Part shown: piece by piece, positions 51,467-64,000 of the stretch
Position numbering within the stretch: the stretch's first letter is position 1
Layout of the letters: the number at the start of each line of letters is the position of its first letter
Assembly: GCA_003971905.1 (NCBI GenBank)
Contig: RSEE01000090.1
Location: forward strand, 124,001-188,000
Source of the DNA: Moniliella sp. 'wahieum'
Taxonomy: Eukaryota
DNA: 64,000 nt
Direction: 5' to 3'
Made by a program: the position numbers and the translations under genes
The notes under the pieces: generated by a model
Seen by the model: only the letters and a program-made list of their open reading frames with translations
Database searches by the model: none
What the model was told of the DNA's origin: nothing

Positions 51467-53483
51467 TTAGCTAAACTTCCACATCGACTTGTCCTCCGAC
51501 AAGAGAGTTTGCGCATCAGCGCCCACGATTCGTCGGAGCTTGAGCAAGTCGTAGCGGCAAAACAACGCTTCGACCTTGACTTCGTTGGGTTCCAGTTCCG
51601 ACCCGAGGGAGCGTTCGCCTTCTTTGCGGTTAAAGGGGAACTCGAGTACTTCGGAAAACATGGCTGGGTTCTCGGGCAGACCATAAAAGACGATCGTCTG
51701 AGCCCACGAAGGCGGTAGCGCTTGTAAAAGTGGAAGCGCTCGGTGAGCAACAAGATGGCCTTTTTGCCACTGAAAAACGCTTCGCGCGCTCGGGTGATTT
51801 GTTTGGTGGTGGAATACTCTGAGATGGCCGCATAGCTCACATCTTCCCGTTTACGCAGGTATTGCTCCACGCGCAAAAAGTCAAAGTAAGACGGAACAAA
51901 GAGCAACACATGGTTGGCGCTCACGGCGGACCGCATTAGGTTGGGCATGAGCTGTGGGGGGGAAACATCAATCAGTGATGGGTCTTTGGGCGCAGAGGAA
52001 AGGACGTACTTTAGTGGTGAACGCATTGAATCGGAGCTCCGGCTCTCGCTTAGGGTCGGAACATTCAAACCGAACAAACGTTTGGCGAATGCCCGACCGA
52101 ACCGATTTCATCGCCGGTGCCACTTCGCGGGAAAGGATCCGTTTCCTGTCAGGTTGAGCAGGTTCTTGTTGAATACGTTGAGCACCTCGGGGAACACATA
52201 GGGGGCAGAGAGGATGGTTTGGCGGAAGTAGCGCGACTTGTTGTCGAGGTACCATTGCTTGACCCGGCTAAAGTCCGTATCGTGAGACTCGTGTGGGATG
52301 GCATTCATCTTGCTCAGGATGTACTTGACGTGCTCCCAATTTTGCATGGCCATCACATCGGTCTGGTCCAGGACAAGCATCTCGATCGAAGACAAAAGTC
52401 GGCCGAGTCCGAGTCGATCAAGACGGAGACCCAGCGGGCTGGCAAGGATGACTCGCTGTCATACCACCCACTGAAAACTTGAACGTCTTGCGTGTCAACT
52501 TCATCCCCAACCTAAAGTTGTCATCAATGTTGCCGGAAAAGGTGGCAATGTGCTCAGCGGGGTACTTGGACCGCATCGCAGGTTGGGACAACTTGTCCTC
52601 CACGCCTTCGGGAATGCCATACTCGTTTTCAAACCGCACCCGACTGTCGATCGTCTTGCACCGCGAATGGGACGCCAGAGCTTCCTGCCATGCATACGCG
52701 CCGTTCCGAAGCGGAGCCAGAATGACACTTTGGGACGAGTGAATCCTTGGTCGCGAACCAAGTCGGCATCGGCTCAGCAGCATCGAGCTCCGCCTCGTCC
52801 TCATCGGCAGCTGCCGCCGCAGCGCGAGCCAGTGCCTCGTTGTTTTTCGTTACCGTCTCCCGGGTCGACCAAACATGTCCATCACATGCGCAGCCACAGC
52901 GTTCCTCCATTTGGCACGTCCAGTGTGGGTTACGGTACAGTCGACCAAATCGGCGTAGCTTTTCAGCAAGTCGCGCGTGGTCGGGCGCGAGAGGTGGGGG
53001 CAGGAGCGTAGCGAGAACCTTGCGCACGTCCTCTTCATTGGGTATGTCGCCATGCACACTGTCGAGATCAGGCACAAGCAGGGACTGGGTCGGTCCAGTG
53101 GAGCCCTCCACAGAAGTGCTGGACCAAACCAGTGGCGTGGTCTCGCTCGGCGTCGGGAACTGTTCGGCTAGGCTGGCCCTCAGCCCAGTGGAAGAAAAGC
53201 AGTCTTCGAATGAAGGAGCAGGGAAGAGGGCAGGCGTAGTTTGCTGTGTCGCACTCACCGCCTGGTTCGCGAGCGCCTCAGGCTGCTCGTCTGTCGATGC
53301 CTGCGACGCGGACGTGCTGGCGCGGCGGTTGAGCGGGATGCGTTTTCCGTGAGCGTCGGCAAGATCGTCATCGACCAGAGCATGTTTGCGCTTTCCAGGC
53401 GCGGAGGCAGACACATTGACGAGCGTGAGGAGCTGGGTCATGGTGACCTCGGCCTTCTTGTCGTCGACGGGCGCAACGGACAT
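51467..53483 (-). CDS. UTP25: U3 snoRNP-associated protein Utp25 (DUF1253)
   Basis: TQLLTLVNVSA, VRDQGFTRPKV, FSGNIDDNFRLGMKLTRK, SSIEMLVLDQTDVMAMQNWEHV, DTDFSRVKQWYLD, LLFVPSYFDFLRV, LLLTERFHFYKRYRLRG; several frameshifts. Confidence 0.93.
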
Positions 53484-53837
53484 GGCGTCGGGGGCAGGCA
53501 GGGAGGAGCGGAGGGGGGGGGGGGGGGCGAGGCGGGTGTCTTCGCGCGCTCTTCTGTTGGACAAGCCGTTTTGGAGGAGGCGAGCAGACGGGGCCCAAAA
53601 AAATGCATTCCGCCCGCGCGTTCCGCCCAAAATCTGACGGCGGGCGGCGATATTTGAGCGGACTGAAAAAAAAAAGCAGTGGTTAGATTGCGGCTGCTCC
53701 CCACACTCCCCCCGGCGCTACGCAAGGCCGCCCGCCCCAGTTCTCACCGCTCGACGGCAGCCGACAGGGCAGAACAAACGCACGTCTTCGTCTTCCGCGC
53801 TCCAACCACCCGCTCCTGTGTGCCTCGGGAGCCCGCC

Positions 53838-55949
53838 ATGGTACGCACCCCCCCACTCCTCTCCTGCTGCTCCTCGCTCACCGCCCCCGTCCCTGCCAGC
53901 CGCCCAAGAACAACAAGTCGGGCCTGGGCCGCGCCCTCATCAACCGGCGTGCGGCCGAGGTGCAAAAGTCGGGCGTCTCCCCCTTCCACACCACCGACCT
54001 CAGCGTGTCCGAGTCGCACAAGCTCCGCTCCGTCACGCATGAGGGCAACCTCGAGGAGTTCCTCAACACGGCCCAGATGGCCGACCAGGACTTCACCGCC
54101 GAGCGCCGCAATGTCACTGTCATCTCCGCGCCTGGAGCCAAGCGGCACAACCCCTACCTGCTCACCAAGGAGGAGGAGGAAGACATTCGCCAAAAGCAGG
54201 ACCGCAACCGCAACCGCCTGCGTGTTCCCAGGAGGTATGATTTTCACCTCCCTCTCCCCTTTTTGCCCGCTGCTCGTCCTCCATGTACTGACGCCGCCCT
54301 TTCTTTTCGCTTGTGCGCAGGCCGAAGTGGTCGACCGACCAGACGAAAGAACAGCTGGACCGATCGGAGAAGGATGCATTTCTCGACTGGCGTCGCAACC
54401 TGGCTGAGCTGACGGATTCGCTCGGGTTTGTGCTGACACCCTTTGAGCGTAACCTCGAGGTGTGGCGACAACTGTGGCGCGTGATTGAGCGAAGCGACCT
54501 GTTGATTCAGATTGTCGATGCGCGCAACCCGATGCAGTTCCGGTGCCAAGACTTGGAAAACTATGTGGAAGAGATGAACAACCCTGAAACCAACCCGCAC
54601 GACCCGGCCCAGTCGCATACCGCCGCCGCCGCCGCATCCCAGGCGACCGGTCCGCTGCGTGCGGAGAAGGACAGGAAACGGCGTTCTTTGCTGCTGATCA
54701 ACAAGTCTGACTTGCTCGATGAGGATCAGCGTCGCAGCTGGGCCAAGTACTTTGATACCCAGGGAATCAACTATGCCTTCTTTAGTGCAGCCAATGCCGC
54801 TGCCATCCAAGCTGCCAACGAGGGGGAGACGCTCCAATCGGTCACCACGGCCTTGAGCAACTTGTCGGTTGGAGGTGAGGAGGCGTTGTTGGCAGCCAAA
54901 GAAGCCAAGGACAGCAAGGAGGCGTCTCGCATCTTGTCCGTCGACGAGCTTGAGGCGCTTTTTGAGCGCTACGCGCCTCCGCCCGAGGAGCGGGCGGCCG
55001 CGACGGGCCACGCGGAACAGGGAAAGCTCGTGGTGGGTCTGGTAGGCTACCCCAACGTCGGCAAGTCGTCTACGATCAACGCTCTGATGGGTAGCAAGAA
55101 AGTTTCGGTCAGCTCTACCCCGGGTAAGACCAAGCACTTCCAAACCTTGCACCTCAGTGACTCGACAATCCTATGTGACTGTCCTGGATTGGTCTTCCCG
55201 CAGTTTGCTACGACTGCAGCGGAGCTGGTGGTGGATGGTGTGTTGCCGATTGACCAACTGCGGGAGTTCACGGCTCCTGCTGAGCTGGTTGCTCAGCGGA
55301 TTCCCCAAGACATCCTTGAGGCGACCTATAGCTTTGCCATCCCGACGTTGACGACGGATGAGAAGGCGACTAAGCAGAACCGGGCCAACGGAATGGACCT
55401 CTTATCGGCCTACGCTGTCTCGCGTGGCTTACCCGCCAAGGGCAGGGCAATCCGGACGAAACCAAGGCGGTGAGGTACGTGTTGAAGGACTATGTCAATG
55501 CGCGTCTCTTGTTTGCCCACCCTCCCCCCGGCGTGGACCCGGATGAGTTCAACGCGGCGCAACGCGACCGGATTCGTGCCTCGCTCGCCAAAAAAGGCAA
55601 TAAGGTCCATTCGCTCATTTCCGATGCGGTCGGACAGCGTGTGCGGACCAAGGCGAGCGCCGCGCCTGGCGCGGCTCGTGCCAGCGCCAAGTCCTTGGCC
55701 GCTCGTAAAAAGGCTTTGGACGTAAGTCAAGATGTGGACTCGGCCTTCTTTGGCACTGCTTCGGCGGGGCCCAAGATTCGGGGCCAAGTGCCGGCGGCTT
55801 CGCTCCGAGGCCGGATCAACAATGATGGTACCGCCAACGAGGATGGGGATGATATGGCGTCGATCGTGAGCGGCGTGCCTAGTGCCAAGAAGCACTTCAA
55901 GGGGGGCAAGAAAAAGAAGCAGCACAATCCCAATCCGTATGGCGTGTAA
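53838..55949 (+). CDS. LSG1: 60S export GTPase Lsg1 (circularly permuted GTPase)
   Basis: KSGLGRALIN, LRSVTHEGNLEEFLNTA, LRVPRRPKW, LTPFERNLEVWRQLWRVIERSD, GLVGYPNVGKSSTINAL, STPGKTKHFQT, LCDCPGLVFP; introns 53841-53899 and about 54235-54320. Confidence 0.96.
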
Positions 55950-57668
55950 GGATACCGATCTCCTTGGACCTCCTTCCCATTCTCTCTCTCTCGCAATGAT
56001 CACAAATGCCGGCCTGCTGGCACCTGCGGCGCTCACTTTGACACCGGAATCCCATGCTTGTAGTCCATTGCACCTCTTTCTATTGCCACAGATTCCGCGC
56101 GCGCAGGTCAACGGCGGTACGCTCGGCCGCCCAACCGCTAAGATAAACTGAACTTTGTAAACTGTCCCTTGTATTGTAGCCTAGGCAGTCCACAGCTGGT
56201 GGTGGCGCACCCTCCTGTCCTACTGAACGATCATCGTACGATCCGGCAGTGAGTACTTATATCGAACCAGCGTTCTCAAGTCCCTGCATTTGCCTATACG
56301 CCGCACTCACCCCCACCCGCCACGCAGGACTCCCATCAGCGCGTGTCCCCCAAAATCAATGCCGGGTTTAAAAGGAAGGCGAGCAGGACGAAACCCTCCT
56401 CAATGGCGGCCTTTTGAGCAAGGTGGAAGCAGTAGTCTCACGCGCGAGGGGGGTGCAGAGGGAAGAAGAGCCCGACTCAGCCTGCTCGGCCTCCTCGTCA
56501 GCATACCAGGGGCAGAGGGGCGAACGCACGTGCCTCGTCTCTGCCTTGCTTTGAGCTGAATACGAACCAGAGACTGCCGGGATACCGTACTGTCCAAAGT
56601 CGGCATAGCCATTGAGAATATTGAGGCCATGTATGTCGGTACTAAGGAGCATGGGGGTGGGGGCATGGGCCAAGCCAAGGACGAACCACGGGAGGGAGTC
56701 GAGGGTCAGACCGAGTATAGTATAGGCCATGTGCCCTCTCCTGTTGCATCTTGCCGTCGCTGCCAAGCGGCCAGTAGCCAGGTAGGGGTCAGAGGTCAGA
56801 CGACCGGTCAGACCCTGGATCGTTTTGAGCCATTCTTTGGCTCGGAGGTAAGCGGAGCAACGGATCATCGATCATGATGAGAATGGCCTTGAACCGATGG
56901 GACTGTCATGCGGATGCGTGTGCATCCTTAGTCCGCATGATTCCTTATGCGTACGAACTATGTCTCCCATTCCAACCTAGCGACCAAGCCCACTCGATTC
57001 CAACTCTGCAGCAGCATCCGCCATGACATGATGACATGCGAGTTCACAGACGAGGAAAGGCAGATGTCACTGGGTAACCCCTTTGAACCAACCCGACGAA
57101 GGCAGCGTCACAACCCCGAAAGCGGGGCGCGTAAAAACAAGGGATCCACGACGGGACGAAGAGGGACGAGAAGGACGGAAGGAAGGAAGAAAAGGGAGAG
57201 AGAGGGAGAGAGAAAAGGAAGGGGTTAGGTGGGTTAGGTGAGATGAGAAGAGAAGAGGTGGGGACGGGACAAGGCGCTGCCAAGGGCGGGATCCGGTACG
57301 AAGCGGATCGGGTTCAAAGTGGTCCACTCGGCCGGCAGGGTGCTGGCCCAACCACCAAACCCACAAACTCGGGCGCGCAACAAGAACAGGCCATCAAACA
57401 GCGTAGCAGGGAGGAGGGGGATCGCGCAACCAAAACAAAAGTGCGAGGGATCCTCGCCCCCTCGCCCCCCCACCGTCGGGCATGGGCCTTGCCTCCGCCT
57501 CCTCCGAAGCGCCAAAGTGAACGCAGGGAGCGGGAAACAGAACGCAGCGCGAGCTCCCGCCACCTTTGACAGCCTGTCGCGTTCCTGTCAGATCCTTCCA
57601 AGTCCAGGCGGAGAGCAAGCCACAAGGAAGGATGCGAGGTGTAGCTGGTTCGCATCTACCCGTCCGCC

Positions 57669-58851
57669 TCAAGAGCTGGCACCCTGGCGTCGCGGACCAG
57701 TAAAGGCAGTCTGGTTGGAATACGTGTACTTGGGCTTCTTGGCGGCCGGCTTGAGGATTTGGAAGGAGCAGAGCAAAGTCTCATCCACGCTCATCATCGC
57801 CCCGGCATTGTCGAATTCGCCACAATAGTTCGGCGCCGAGAAGAGGGTGACCAATTGACGTTTGGCGAAGAACTCGTAGCCATCCTCAACCACTTGGTGC
57901 GCACGACAGATCAAGTCCAAATCGTGTTTCTGCAAGAACCGCGAGACGACATCCGAGCCAAAGGTAAAGCTCACACCGCGGTCGTTGTCGGACCAGCCAG
58001 TGATGTCTTTGTCCGGGTCAGACCAGAGTAGGTCGCACAACAACCCAGTGTCGGGCACGTCGGTGGGACGCATGACACGACGAATCTGCTCCATGCTTTG
58101 CAAGTCGGGAGAGAGACCTCCGTGCATGGTGAAGATCTTTTCGTCAATAATCGCGGCAATAGGAAGACAGTTGAAGCAGTCGGTAAAGTCTTCCATGCTT
58201 GATGTTGTATCGACGCTTGCCTGTACAAAAAAGGGGTGGGGGGGACGGCGTTAGAATGCGACTGGTCCAACAGAGAACCAAGACCAAGAAGATGAAAGAG
58301 AGGAGGAAAGAAAAAAAAAGAAAAAGGAGGGCGTACACTCGTCATAAAAGCCATAGATGCGGTTGATGGACGCGCTCTCGTGGTTGCCGCGGAGAATGAA
58401 GAAATTTTCAGGGTACTTGATCTTGTACGCCAGCAGCAAGCTGATCGTCTCGATCGACTGCTTGCCCCGGTCCACATAGTCGCCCAGGAAGAGGTAGTTG
58501 GACTGGGGAGGAAAGCCTCCGTATTCAAAGAGGCGGAGCAAATCATAGAACTGGCCATGGATGTCGCCACAGATCTTGATGGGCGCCTCGAGCTCGAGGA
58601 GGATGGGCTGGTTAATGAAGATGTCGCGCGCCTTGAGGCAGAGATAGCGCAGCTCAAATTCCTCGAGCGGGACTACCTTGCCCGGCCGGTGTCCACGCAC
58701 TGAGCGATGGGGAAGCAGAGCGAACGAGGGTCAGCAGTCAGCGGTGCGAGCCGAGGGGAGCGCGGGGGGGGGACCAACCAGCTAGGAGACGGTCGATGAT
58801 GCTGCTGACATCGACCTCGGGCACAGTGGCCTGCGCATCTGGCATGATCAT
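57669..58851 (-). CDS. GLC7: Serine/threonine protein phosphatase PP1 catalytic subunit
   Basis: [81 protein letters not shown]; two introns. Confidence 0.95.
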
Positions 58852-59630
58852 GGCGGGGGGGCGGGTGCGCGTGGGTGTGGGTGTGGGTGGGGTGGACAGG
58901 GCGCGGGCGGGAGCGAGGGCGAGGGAGCCGGGGGGCGAGAGGGCGCGGGTGGTGGTGGCGAGCGTGGATGCCTGCGCGGCGCCTGGGCGTGGCCTGGGCG
59001 GCGAGCGGGGGATGGAGGGCTGGGCCATGCGGCATGCACCAGGCCTGCGTCTGGCCTGCCCGACCAGTTGCTAGTTCCTACGTACCCAACCCAGCCCAAC
59101 CCAACCGGCCTCCTGGCTGCACCGACACCCGGCGCGCGGTGTGTGGCCCCGCCTGCCTCGTGCCATGTGCGCTTCGCCCATCGGACGCCGCGCCCACCCA
59201 TCATGCATCACCCAAAATCAAATGATTAATGGGCCCAGACTGCGACAGACCGCCGCCCCTCGCCCATCCGCCCGCAGCGCAGGCCCAGTGTGGGGGGGCG
59301 TGTTACGTAACACACTGCCGCCGCGCAGCAACGGATCGCAGCAGCTGCAGTGCTCAATGCTCCCAGCCACACCCAGCGCGCATGGCAGGCTCACAACAGG
59401 CGTCCACCAGCGCCCCTGTCCGCACCAGATCCAGCCGGTCACGTGCCTGCTGACCCACCTCCTTTTGTTTCTATCGAGGGCAGGAAACCACAACGGCGAC
59501 TGCATGAAAGACAACCAGCCCACAGGGGAAAAAAAAAACAAGACGAGCCATAGGCGGATTGCGGGTATACTACAACAAACAACCGCCAAGCTGAGCCTCA
59601 GCACCGCACCAGGATCCCCATCACTTATCC

Positions 59631-61653
59631 TCACGTCCTCGCCGTCGAGGGCGGCCGAGGCTCCCCCCACGCCACAGCCGCCACAGCCACCTCGTACGAG
59701 GGCGGAGGCTCGTTCGGATCGCCATCGGTACGCGGGGGGAGGGACGGGGAAGCAGATGAGCGTGGGCGCCGGCTACCCGCTGTGCGGAGTCTTCGTCGCG
59801 CTGCTCGGCGGTGCGACGGCGCGCTCTGCCGGGACAGGGTGAGGGCTAGCTCGTGCATGGTAAGGCGGATCGGAGGTCTCTTGAGCCAGATCGGCCAGAG
59901 ACAAGAACCGCACGTCGTTCAGGTCGGTTGTGGACCTGTGGGCGTGCACCACGGGTAAGGGACAAGTAGCCGGGGCTGAAACGCGCCGGCCACCCAGCCC
60001 GAACGGCCATAGCGACCAGCGACGCTCTTTTGCCAGGGGGGCGAAGTGGGGACGCAGAGCGAGTCCCGTCGGGGTAGGTGGGGACGGAGGGACGTGAGTG
60101 CGGGTACGGGTGCGGGAGGAAGAAGTGGGTCTCAGAGCGCTGGGATCCAAGGTCAAGCTGGCACTTGTTGCGCCAGGCGAGTGGGCATGGACGAATGCAA
60201 CGAACATGAACCCGAACCGCTCGATCCCGACTCGAGGTGTCCCCCCAGGCTGAGCCGGGGAGCGGTAGGTCAGGTGCGAGAGGGTGGAGCTGCGGTTGAG
60301 GTAGAGCGGGGTGCGTGCGTCCGTGTCGGGTTCGCCACTGGACGGATCGAACGATGCGCGGGAGGGAGGGAGGGCCGCTGGCCGGCCGCTGGCCGGCCGT
60401 CGAGCGAGAACGAGCGACCGTATGCCGAAGGGGGAAGGTACGTGGTACTGCTGGGTGCGGGTATGGGTGCGGGGGGGAGAAGAGTAGGACCGGCGCGATG
60501 GGAAACCGGTACGCTCTGATAGTCGTGCACGATCGTCTTCGACTGTGCACACGCCGTTCGTACCCCCCCCACTCGCTCCATTCGTCCCCCAGGGGATCCA
60601 TCTCGTGCTCCCGCTCCCCACGGGACGGTAGGTAGCGGGTAGGCATACGGAAGCACGGCCAGCGAATGCAACAACCAGGCCGTACTGGCTTCCGCTCGCT
60701 CCGGGTCTCGATTGTGGGCATCATGATCGTGGTGTTCCGCAGCCAATCGGAACAATCGAGTCTGACGCTGCTTCCTCGATCGCTCTAACGCACTCCCTGC
60801 GCCGGAGAACGTCGTCGTACCGACCGGGCTATGCTGCGCGTGAGACGGACTCCAGCGGGCGCAGGAGGCCGCCGGGAGATCAATGGCTCGCTTCCTGCTC
60901 TTCGTGCCGGCCCCGCGGGGCAGACGGTGGGGAGGAAGGACCCATTGTGAGATGCAGAGAGGGCCAAGTGGGAGAAGTGGGAGAAGACAGGAACCCACCA
61001 GAAGTAGGAGACGAGAGGGAAGGTGTGGATACAAGGGACGGGGAACGGACCAAGTCCGCTTCGTCGACTTCGTCGTCCTCTACCGCTTCCTCGGTGCAGA
61101 GTTGCGGTGAACTAGACGGGTCTGGCTGCGCATCGTTGCCCAGACGACGACGCACCAAGCGCGGTCCCGCCTTAACCGCCACAGCCAATTTGGCAACTAC
61201 GCTGCCACGTCGCCGATCGGTTGCCGAGCGCATAGGCTTGCTACTGCGTGCACGATGCTCGCAGCTGGCATCGACACCAGGATCTCCGGCGGTTCAGGCT
61301 CATGCTCAGGGTCAGACTCGGGCTGATGCTCTGGTCCTGGCTCAGGCTGGGGCTCAGACTCGGACTCAAGCACCGCCGAACCCTCCTCTCCTCTGTGCTG
61401 GATGCGGGAGACGCGCGCGGGGAGAGGGAGACACGTTTGGCAGGTTTAGTTGTGATTGTGGGCATCGTCGTGGGCGAGGTCATGGACGAGATCGTGGACG
61501 AGGTGGGGAGGTGCAGCGAGGACCCGCGTCCGGGAGCCAGCGGGGGGCGTCCTACACTGGGTAGAGCTAGGGGCGCGGAGCGGAGGCGGTTTGGGCGGAC
61601 GCCCAGGCAGGCGGGATGATAGGGATGATAGGGATGGCAGGCATGGCAGGCAT
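59631..61653 (-). CDS. Hypothetical Ser/Pro/Arg-rich protein with C-terminal PPxY motif
   Basis: Overlapping minus-strand ORFs (61241..61483, 60880..61233, 59773..60621, 59631..59858) ending in EPPPSYEVA; model uncertain. Confidence 0.35.
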
Positions 61654-62750
61654 GGCAGTCGCGGGGTTGCAGACGATGGAGTCAGCCAGGAGGATGGGAT
61701 GCGGAGAGGCGGGGGGAGTGAGGGGTTATTGGTTATGGTTGTCCTGGAGGCGTGATGCAGATGTCTGAGGTGGAACGGTCGATTGAATGCTCTGCTGCTG
61801 CCCCTCTGCCGGCCACCGGACTGTAGTAAACTATAGACTGCAGTAGAGTACTACGGTGCTCCTCGGAGCTCGACCCCCAAAAGTGCGGGGGCCAAGCCAC
61901 GGCGCCGGGGGCCGCACAGCACCAGTGTCGGTGGGCGTGCCTGGGATGTGCGCTGGTGTGCTGAGGCTCTGCCGCGTGCGAGGAGGCAAAGCACACTGGC
62001 CCCATGCAGCGCAGCCGATGCGCACGGCCGTTTTTATGCTTGCGTGCAATCTGAGCACCTGGGGATCTGTGGGGATCTGGGGAACTAATAGGGATCTGGG
62101 GATCTGGGGAACGAGGGATTTGAGGAACTAGGCAACTAGGGAACGGGGGATCTTGGCATCGAGGCCTCGGAGATCTGAGATCCGGGGTCCTGTATCCTGT
62201 ACGTGATCCTGTGTTCGATGATCCTGTAGCATGTGATCCTACCATCATGCATCATGCCAGCACAGGAAGCGCGTCCTATGTAAGACGTGGGGAGCATCGA
62301 TTCGCTGAGGGTCAGATGGCCGCAACACTGCGGGGGATAGGGGAGTGGTCTTATGATCTCAACGAGCTCAACGTTTGGATTGAACGGTGAACGTCGAACG
62401 TTGACTGGTTGACCCTTCCACAGCTCCAACATCAACGCTAAACATATAAACTCCCTTCAAGTGCGCCACATAGCAGGCCACCCAGCCTGCTCCTGCTGGG
62501 GGGAGGTTAACGCGTTAAGGACGGAAGGGACCGTTACTTGGATGGCCACACGCACATGTGACATGTCGCAAATGCATGGCTATATCGTATAGGATACGCG
62601 ATGGCATGCTTAATTTCAAGCTGAGATCCCCTCCCCCCAGCTCCCCCCCCAGCTCTATACCGGCGCCAACACTCTCGCTTGCGCCACTCTCTCATCCGCC
62701 ATCAGCCATCGTGCATCGTCTTTCTTCGCTTGCAACGATCATTCCATCAT

Positions 62751-62784
62751 ATTCACATTCACATTCACATTCACATTCACATTC
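62751..62784. repeat. (ATTCAC)n microsatellite
   Basis: Five perfect ATTCAC copies plus ATTC. Confidence 0.85.
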
Positions 62785-63682
62785 GATCTTCAAGCTTCAT
62801 TAATCGTTTATCGATTATCATAGCTTCATCATGCATGGGAACGACAAAAGACAATGGAACGCGAAGAGTAGCGCGGGTGGAGAAGTGGAGGTACCGCGTA
62901 CGTGTTTCATCATTGTAGGTATAGGACCCCCAGAGGGCCAAGCCTTTGCTCTCCCCTCCCCCCCACCGCGGGCGCAAGGCAACACCAGTGGCGCTGGACT
63001 GCGAGATGGGCCAGGGTCCCATCCCCTTTTTTGCCACTCGCTTTACTTCACGTACGGTGTGGAGACGAGAGGTGTGCAGTCGTATTCATCAATCATCAAT
63101 ACTCAATACTCAATACTCAGTACTCAGGAGCCATCCCATGTATCCCAGGCATCACGAGCCCGGTCAACGTTCAACGGAGGGGAGGGCCTAAGGAAGCCCA
63201 ACCACCCCCGTCCGTGGAAGACCACCGCAGGCCAGGCCAACGCCACAGCCATCATCGATCTCGTAACGTGAGCGCGTGAGCGTCCAAGGAGGACATAATT
63301 GTATTGCTCTAACATACGCGTCAGTGACGGCGGGTGGCGAGGGCGTCAACACGAACAGCTGATGGATGGGCCAAGACGATGGGGTACGAGTTGCGAGTGC
63401 GAGGGGGCGTGGGCGACGGGAGAGGGGAAGCTGGAGGTAATGCGGTTCATAGTCATCGCCTTGGTTGCTCAGGGATAAAGGGAACTGTAGTAACTCTTCA
63501 TCAAATGCGAGGAGCCGAGGGGAACGGTACGGAGAGAGAGACGAGGAGAGGGGGCGATGCAGCGCGGGGGGGAATCAAGGGACTGGAGCTGGCGCTTGTT
63601 TTGTTTGGGCGCGTCCGGTAAAAAAAAGGAGAAGGAAGATCGAAGCCATCGGCTCGAGCTCGATCGACACGACACCACACGG

Positions 63683-63726
63683 CACAGCGTATCGACACAG
63701 CGTATCGACACAGTGTATCGACAGAG
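63683..63726. repeat. Short tandem repeat of CACAGCGTATCGA
   Basis: Three near-identical copies cacagcgtatcga, cacagcgtatcga, cacagtgtatcga. Confidence 0.75.
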
Positions 63727-63728
63727 CA

Positions 63729-64000
63729 TCACGTCGAAGACGGCGGTGAAGGCAGCCAGAGCCCATTGGGAGCGGGGGCCCAAGCACCATGATTGGCAGT
63801 ACCGAGGATGGTGATGTTCTTGAACCACAAGGCGGCTGCGCCAAAGCCCAAATCGTAATGCCCTTGTCGCGTTTCGCCCTCGATCAAATTGGGTTTCCAG
63901 TGGAGCGTCTTGATGGCCCCGGCGAACGATTCCCCCGCATGCTCGGGACCGATGCTAATGATAAAGTAACTGATTGCCGTCGCGGTCGTCAAGGCGGCCG
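63729..64000 (-). CDS. 3' end of an unidentified gene entering from beyond the window
   Basis: Open frame from near the window edge (TATAISYFIISIGPEHAGESF..LHWKPNLIEG..GFGAAALWFK) with coding-like composition; no family recognised. Confidence 0.35.
   Translation of the reverse strand, partial: AALTTATAISYFIISIGPEHAGESFAGAIKTLHWKPNLIEGETRQGHYDLGFGAAALWFKNITILGTANHGAWAPAPNGLWLPSPPSST

Noticed and set aside
57223..57240. GGTTAGGTGGGTTAGG telomere-like bit
   Set aside because: Only two imperfect units; chance level
56368..57563. Minus-strand ORFs between LSG1 and PP1
   Set aside because: No domain or convincing splice model; may be UTR or intergenic

Overview
Gene-dense, GC-rich eukaryotic (fungal) genomic DNA. 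Genes have few, short GT-AG introns, consistent with a basidiomycete, probably smut-like (Ustilaginomycotina); that placement is inference. Recognisable genes: a secreted Kex2-processed repeat-peptide precursor, IPP1, FCF1, PDX3, SDH5, a TM9/EMP70 protein, MVD1, ARC19, a possible RMP1/NEPRO, a giant coiled-coil protein, VPS9, a HAD phosphatase, a quinate-type MFS transporter, a Zn2Cys6 transcription factor, tRNA-Ala(AGC), a ZIP zinc transporter, RPN11, EMP24, DSK2, an intron-containing tRNA-Glu(TTC), UTP25, LSG1 and PP1/GLC7, plus several low-complexity hypotheticals. Most CDSs carry 1-bp frameshifts, most likely unpolished long-read errors, so gene coordinates are reconstructed across frames. 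Two observations stand out. (1) Non-coding DNA carries short period-7 arrays built from many different 6-bp palindromes (A-NNNN-T) joined by one base, usually giving TGA/TCA junctions. (2) An 8-repeat secreted precursor would release near-identical N/G-rich amphipathic peptides. No transposon, rRNA or CRISPR was supportable.
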